This document shows, piece by piece, positions 56,290-64,000 of a stretch of 64,000 nucleotides of DNA. The notes below the pieces were generated by a model. It saw only the letters and a list, made by a program, of their open reading frames with translations. It was not told the DNA's origin and did no database searches. Numbering within the stretch: position 1 is the stretch's first letter; each line of letters opens with the position of its first letter. The translations under genes and the position numbers were made by a program. Origin of the DNA: the human T2T-CHM13v2.0 reference genome, Homo sapiens; assembly GCF_009914755.1 (NCBI RefSeq), contig NC_060932.1. One strand, written 5' to 3'.

Positions 56290-56710
56290 AGTAGGTTTCC
56301 TTATATCCTTGGGGAAGAGAGACAGTGATTCAGTCTAGAGGAATGAACAAGTAATTCTTACTGCTCACTAGAACTCATGGTTTCCTATAAGGCAACCCCC
56401 TGCACATGTAGGTGTAACCTGGTCCTCTTCATAACACCCTGTGGAAAATGGGATAAGAGAATGTAATAAAAACTTGAAGCTCATCCAGCTTGCTGTGCCA
56501 TGATTAGTAAAATCCTGTGTTTCTGACTACAATGTGTCTCATGCTTTCTCCTGAATATTTGAAAATGTAGCAGCCTAACTTGTTAGTGGATAAGTAGGAT
56601 ACAAAAGTGACCTCTCACAATTCTTTTTTTTTTCAGTAAAAATATAGAAAATTTTAATGACAATAGTTTAACATAATGGGCATATATAGGACCTTTCACA
56701 ATTCTTGACA
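56290..56710 (+). mobile_element. ERVL LTR (MER74/MER73-like), interrupted near its 3' end
   Basis: The end gcagcctaacttgttag...aagtaggat...gacc(t)ttcacaattcttgaca matches the MER74-type terminus. Confidence 0.6.
56626..56689 (-). mobile_element. Orphan 64-bp polyadenylated retro-insert with 17-bp TSD
   Basis: TSD GACCTCTCACAATTCTT (56609-56625) / GACCTTTCACAATTCTT (56690-56706). Minus strand has ATTAAA 19 nt before an A tail. Confidence 0.75.
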
Positions 56711-57074
56711 GCATTCGCCTTCGGAAATGTTGCCTAATTTTAGTCCCTATGTTCCCCAGTCTTGTCATCCTAATTAATTACAGGCTTTGCTCTAAAATTT
56801 AGCTGAAATATATGTCCTCTTCGAAGACTGTCTTAAATCCTTGAAACAGTCTTGTCCTCCTATACTGATCCAAGTATATTGCGTACATGTCTCTCTGAAT
56901 CTCTCATGAAATTTCTAATTTACACTTAACCTTTCTGCCAAATTGTGACTTTATTGCTAAATATTATCCTTGTTTTTGACAGTAGCTTCTATGTAGCAAG
57001 CACTAGATGACTCTTTAAGAAATTATTTGTAGAATATTATCTTAAATGTGCAGTCTCCAAAATAAGACTTAAAG

Positions 57075-57109
57075 CACACACAGAGACACACACACACACA
57101 CACACACAC
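57075..57109. repeat. (CA)n microsatellite, interrupted
   Basis: cacacacagagacacacacacacacacacacacac. Confidence 0.9.
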
Positions 57110-59839
57110 GCCACCTTGCTTTCTGTTGATCTGTCATCACATATCTCTTTCCTACATGAACCAAACTTCATTCTCACTGTTTCTCTAAAATTGTAATGCA
57201 TTATTAATTCCATCTTCTTAAGCAAGTTGCCTGTAATTATAATTGTCTTTCTAAAAAAGAAAATGCAACAGCTGCACCTACTCTGAAAATGGATCCTTGG
57301 AGAATGTAATTAAGTTATTTCAATTTGGAAACTGAATATTATCAAGAGCTATGGGATGTATAACCTTAAGACAGACCTTTCTACCAGGTTTTTAAATAGT
57401 ATGTCATTTGCAGAAACCTAGATAACTAGGAAATTAGAATGTAAATTTTTTGCATACTCCAATCAGAGGCTTAGTCAATGGAATTATGTATCATATAATC
57501 TTACTTGCTATAGTTAGTTAGAATATTTGCTAGACCACAGAGCAAAGAAGGCTAGAGCCATGTGTTTACTACCTTTGTGACACTCTTTATAGCTTTATTT
57601 ACTTTATTTTATGACCATGAAGTTTCCCTATAACCCACAACAGATATTGCACAACTGTGTTTCTTAAGTCACAAACTTAATCTCAAAAGAAACCCATTAT
57701 ACATTTGTACCCTCTCCAGTAAGGTTAATTTCAAGGGCATAAACTGTTTTCTACAGTTTATGGCTTCATACATAAAAACAGAATTATTTTATAATGGAAA
57801 ACTATCTTCCAGGAGAATAAAAAATAAACATTATGTCGTATCCAGACAATTCAAAAAGTATGTTAAATATTGCATTTAAACATTTAGTAAAACTTATTAA
57901 TTATAATTTATGATAATTTTTTGTAGGCTTTTGATAAGGACCTACATTTTCATGGCTAAAATGATCAATATATGGCTAAATGGTTGGTGCTGTATTATGC
58001 ACTGTTTCTAAGCAAAATGTAGCCCAAGTGAATTTTATTTAATTGACATACCACTTAATGTTAATAACACTTGGGTAATACTGAAGATATTGCTAATAAA
58101 AATAGAAATCTCGTATTAAAAACAAATTTTAATAATCATATAGAACAATTGCCATTGACATCGTGAATCCCATATTGCCAATAATACAATTTTCTCTGTA
58201 TAAGTCTTTTCAAAGAAAGGATCTTATTACCTCAGAAGAAATCATTTATTTGGGGGGAAAGCATTAATCATATTAAATGTCTGCTAATCTTAGTCAAATT
58301 CTCTCCTCTTATAATTTATAACTATTGGCCTTAATTTTTTCATCTATTCAAACAAGCTAAGTATGATCCTTCTTACATTACCTATACTTTCAACATCTGA
58401 AAAGATCTCATATAACCATCCTAAATGTTAAACTTTTGATGCTGAAGATCACTATGAAATAGCTTCAATATCTATATATGCAGTCAGAATTGTCAGGCTT
58501 AATGAGGCCTTGGCTAATTCATTTCTCATCAACATAGAAACATAGGCTTGCATATTTGAAAGAGTCTTATTGAAGATTAAGGGTGATGAAATATGCCTAT
58601 ATTATTCAGGGTAACTATTCTGTCTCAACCTATTTAAATGTTATCCAATATTATTAGAACACTTCAGACTGATAAATGTTGATATTGACCCTTATAGGAA
58701 AGCAAATAATAGATGAAAAAAAATTTGTAAAGTATGCTACTGTTATAAATAATAATATACTTAAAGAATGCACCAGTGATATCCTGCAAAGATAAAAATA
58801 TTCTATTGGCAACATAAAAGCTGAATATGCTTGTAAATTATTCCACTTAGTCAAAGATAATTTAATAGACTAGGTGATTTAAAAAATTCAATCAAGCAGT
58901 CACAATTTCTCTCGTATCTTCAACTATTGTATTCCTACTGAGTAGTTTCACTAAAAGTTATCTTTGAAATGGAATTTAAGGAAAACAAGACACAACAAAA
59001 GTTATTAGTTTATGAAATGAACTGTAAATTCATGGAACTTTTTATTTGTGATATGGAAATAAGAGCATCGGAATAAAAACTGGTCCAATTAGAATTCAGG
59101 ATACTCTAATGGATACTAGATAGATAGCAAAGTATCTACACAGATATATAGATTAAGAATTTGCATAGACACAATTATCCTTTTGAAGTTGATAGCTTGT
59201 CATTACACTTGTTCATAATACATCTTTTGCTGCCACTGTCAAGGGCAAATTTGTGAACTGATCATAACATTGGTCTAATCCCTTATAATTTATATTCTGA
59301 ATGAACTTAAATAATAAATTAAAGAAAGAGGGTAATGCCATAATACCCAGAACAGCAACATTAAAAAGTCCTTCAGTTAGAGGCAGTTTACAATCATAAA
59401 ATACAAACTTTTATTTGATTAAATCTATAGTAGTACAAGAAAAATGTGATTAATGTAAAACCCAGAAATATTAAATCTCTTAATTAAGATTACCCAGTAA
59501 TTTAGACATAGAGCTATCACATTATACATATTAGAATGCTTTTTCTTCATAAAAACATGACATTTTTAATATAACCTTTTTATAAATAAAAGTAAAGCAA
59601 ATTTTAGCTCATTAAAGCATATCCTCAGGTACAAGGGTAAAATGGATTCCAAATAGAAGGATGGCAAAAGAACTATAAAACTATGGTTACAATAATGTAG
59701 GCAATATTTTATTGTATGGTAAAGTCAAGGTAAACAATTTATAACTATAATGTCACTGGAAGCACAAAGATACTAAACTTTTAAAAATTCAAGTAATAAT
59801 TCATCATATTATTTATCACAAGATGGTTTGAAAACACTG

Positions 59840-60232
59840 TTATACTATTCCTGAAGTGACATTATAGAGATGGAGAAGGTTGCCAGGTATTAGGGAGACA
59901 AAAGGAAGAGAAGTGGCTGTGGCTATAGAAGGGTAATATGAGGGATCATTGTGATGGACTTGTTCTGTTTTGAGCATGGTGGTGGTTACAAGTCCACAAG
60001 TGTGATAAAATTACACAGAATTAAATATATATACACATACACACGAGTGCATATAAAACTGGTGAAATCTGAATAATTTTGATGGATTCTATAAATTTCC
60101 TGACTGTGATATCATACTATAGTTATTCAAAAAGTTACTATTAGGAAAACTGTCAGGAAAGGCTTACCGGATCTCTGGATGATTTCTTCCAACTAAATGT
60201 AATCTTAAATTACCTCAAAATAAAAGATAAAA
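59840..60232 (+). mobile_element. L1MD-type 3' end
   Basis: gtggctatagaagggtaatatgagggatc...aaaactggtgaaatctgaata...ctcaaaataaaag. Confidence 0.8.
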
Positions 60233-60347
60233 TGTAAAAACACTCTAAAAAGTTACTAAAAGCAAAAAAAAAATAAAATTAAAGTTTAAAAACAGTTATA
60301 AAAAAACCATTATGCTAGCAAATTTATATAAAAAGCTCTAAGAATGT

Positions 60348-60643
<296 letters not shown>

Positions 60644-61032
60644 CTCTAAGATACACTTCCAATTGAAGGAAGCTAACATTCAAGGTTTAAAATAGGAGCA
60701 TAATTGATCTCAAAATTATATGGCTTTTTAAGGAAGAGGATTATTTCTAATGAAACAGTATGAAAATGAAACATTAATTGGTTTATACAGCATGTTTAAA
60801 GAAAATAAGTAGATTGCTTTGATCCCAGTCAAGTGATCTTATAGTATAGGAAAATTAAATCAAATTAAATTTTAGAAATTAAATGTAAACAAAAGCATGA
60901 AAAGACATTTCTTTACTTATCAATAATAACTCAATGAGTTAAAAACTATCTATTCACATGAGTATACCCAGGGCAAGGGAAGAACATCCTGGCAAAATCA
61001 GGCTAAACAACAAATTATATTCAATGCTGGCA

Positions 61033-61167
61033 TAAGATGCCATTTACAGTCACACAGGCTGTGTACTGTACAACACTCAGGAATGTCATTTATGCAGACT
61101 ATCATATTATTGGACACTCCTGAAATTGTACATTGTGTCACCTGCACAGCTGTACTGAGTGGTTCTG
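61033..61167. mobile_element. MER91A-like hAT-Tip100 MITE
   Basis: Degenerate palindrome caggctgtgtactgtacaac...ttgtacattgtgtcacctgcacagctgtac...ctg. Confidence 0.55.
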
Positions 61168-63309
61168 GGGAATAGGAGATATGCTATTTATTTATTTATT
61201 ATTTAATTTTGCTTATGCTACTGAGATCCCGTTAAGACAAATTAGAGATCAAACAGAAAGATTAAATGTTTTCTTATGGCATACAAAATGATGAACACCC
61301 AATGTCATGTATGCCACTTCCATTGGGAAAATAACTTCAATTTAGTAAATTAAACATGAAACACGTTCTATGCTCTAAAATACTGTTACATTAAAGGAAA
61401 TTAGAAGCTGATCAAATGAAAGCTCAGACTACCTCTCAATAAAATACATGAACATAAAATTTCAATTGTATCATGACTTTATTTGGACTTATCTTAGTCA
61501 TTTTGCTCTTACATAAATTTGGGGGGTTTAATAGGGTCACATCTTCTGGTTAATTTTTGAACACCCACATGAGCTTTTAATGAAGGTAGAAATCTTCAGT
61601 ATAAAGTCCATTTATTTTCCTCCTTGAGGAAAATTAGTTTGAAAATATTGCCAGTTACCTAAAGGAACTGCATCATTTTCATATTCTATTCACAGAGTAA
61701 TAGCTGCACAGAGTCCTCCTAAGAATCCCATCTGCATGTAAATGCCGCAGAAAGCAGTCCTCACAAAATACCTTCAAAGCTAGACAATTACATTTAGAGA
61801 ACGCAGCCAGGGCTCCTGGAGCAAAGTATACTGGGAAGGTTAGAGTCCTAGTTAATATGTACCTGATAATTTATGAAACATTCAAGATTATTGAAGCAAC
61901 ACCTGTTTAAAAAAAAGATGTTTGCTTCACAGACAGAATATGTTTTCTCTTTGAGCAAAGATTATTATTATAAGATTTAAGCAACCCTGACCCAGAAAAA
62001 ATATATTTGAATACATTCTTTTGCCATTCACCTTTTAAAGAGTAATTATTATCTCTAATTATCCTAACTTACTCTTCTAAATAAAATAGTAAAATCGAGC
62101 AGATGATTGAGATAGTATAATCAATTTGGGATTTCTCAGAATAAATGTCATTGTTCAATACATAATGGTAGAAAAATGTAGATGGAAAATACATTCCTAG
62201 CAAATTCTAAGATTGGCAAATTAAAGATTCTTATCTTAATACAAAATCTACATTAATACTTCTACCAAAGATATTCTTATTTCCCAAATGAACTTGCTGG
62301 CAATAGTGAGACAATGACTGGAACAATTTTCCCTAGTATCACACTTTGATTTTTTTTTCAACTCAGCTTCATTACATTTTATCTTCCTAAGTAAAGAGAA
62401 TATTATATATAGCTGCTATCAAAATTTAACAAAGACTGCATCTGAGGTTGCATCATGAGTTTCAGGGATTTGGTGACCTTATTAGAGAAAAATGAAGACT
62501 TTTTGAGTGCTAGGACTGAAACCTCAGTCTTCTTGTAGAAACTTAGATCAGGACAAATCATGTAGACATGATACAGATAAGGAAAGGCACACTAGAAGAA
62601 CAAAACCTAAATCTTTGACTGTTGAAGTTAAAATTCAGAAATGTTTTTTTCGTTTGATGCTATATTTTTGGAGTTCTTTGAGAAGTCACAGAAACCAGTG
62701 CTTCTGTGTTCAGTTATAATATTCTGACTTCTTGATTACTTGAAATAAGACATTCCTGTTTAAGTGCACTGTTGCAATAAAATACGCAAAGTCATATAAG
62801 CAAGATGTTAAAGTCGTTTTCAACTTATAATACATAGCCTTGGTATTTTTAAATGTTTGTTTGTTTGTTTGTTTTTCTCTCCACATTTCTCCACTTCTAA
62901 GTTGAGATGCTCTTTTTCTGAACTTGCATGGCACCTTCTGCCTCAGTTTTTGGAATTTTCACTCATCTCTCTCTTAGGGGAAGGACAGAGGATTGTTTGT
63001 TTGTTTGTTTGTTTTTATTTAGCCGTTAACATGTTCTCTGGAACATATACTGAGTGATGTTTGATGAGTAGATGGTTTTCAGCACTTCTTAAATAAAACA
63101 AAACACTTTGTCAATCCACTCAACTATACACATGGGAAGACTGCACTAAAATCCCATGACAGGTAAGTAATTAAATTATTTTACATCTCTCTTTCTTAAT
63201 TGAGTAATGTCCATAAAAACAATTTTTATGCTTTTCACTACTTGAAAGTGGCATTAATATAAACTACACCTTGTGGATGTAACTACTGAAGCTATGAATT
63301 CAATAATTA

Positions 63310-63545
63310 TTTCAATTCATAAATATTCATTATGAGCCTACCACAGACGAAGCACTATGCTAGGCACAGAAAATTGACATATAATGAATAATTTTATTTG
63401 CCTTTGAGGAGTTATCTATCTAACAGAGGAGATAGACAAAAATATCTCCCTAATGCAATATGATGAGTACAATAATAGAGGTGTGTGCAAAATATAATGG
63501 AAACCCAAATAAGGAAGTCATTCATTTTTCAGGCACAATAAGATT
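63310..63545 (-). mobile_element. L2 3' fragment
   Basis: ttcataaatattcattatgagcctaccacagacgaagcactatgctaggcacag...tgcctttgaggagtt. Confidence 0.7.
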
Positions 63546-64000
63546 TTCTACTACTATGAATATTTTCATTACAAAAAGCACAGAGTCAGTGAAAAATTAC
63601 GTTTGTTCATGAAGTTTACAGAAGGCTTATTTCCCTAGGTGTAGTTTCTAACCAGAGAAACCAAATTTGACTGAAATAAATAATGCAGACCATATGAATG
63701 TATTTCCTTCAGTTCTACTTAAGTAAGATTCAACACAATAAAAACTCACGATATTTTTACATTCTCGATATCAGCTATTTTCATGTATGCCATTATTCCT
63801 GTTATTTTGAAGCAATGAAAGACAAAATGAGCAAAAACTGCTATATCTTCTAGTTCTCTGTTAGATAGAATTGGAAATTTAAATTTTATTTCTCCCAAAT
63901 CATCTTCCATATCTAATATGAAAACATAGTAACAACATCATATTTTAATTTTATATTGTTCTTCTTTGAATACTTGGAAAAATAATGTACAGGATATTAA

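Overview
Human genomic DNA: human-specific AluYb8 and L1HS-Ta insertions are present. The window lies inside the CSMD3 gene on the minus strand (8q23.3, from recollection). The only securely identified coding sequence is a 113-bp exon at 1998-2110 (-), translating (W)[37 protein letters not shown](G), the C-terminal end of the second CUB domain (exon 6 by my recollection). The rest is AT-rich intron filled with Alu, L1, L2, MIR, MaLR/ERVL LTR, Tigger1, MADE1 and MER91 relics. No prokaryotic features, CRISPR arrays, rRNA or tRNA genes were seen, and I cannot support a wholly new biological system. The best leads are: (i) a repeat-free 2-kb zone downstream of the exon with in-frame candidate alternative exons, a 6-nt microexon candidate, RBFOX motifs and a possible intronic polyadenylation route to a secreted CSMD3 fragment; (ii) a CpG-retaining island with NF-Y and Sp1 motifs at about 29.0-30.1 kb, resembling an intronic promoter; (iii) a 64-bp polyadenylated orphan retro-insert with a 17-bp TSD at 56.6 kb; (iv) two very young, probably polymorphic insertions; (v) several recent tandem and fold-back duplications. 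Subfamily calls and boundaries of old repeats were made by eye and are approximate.
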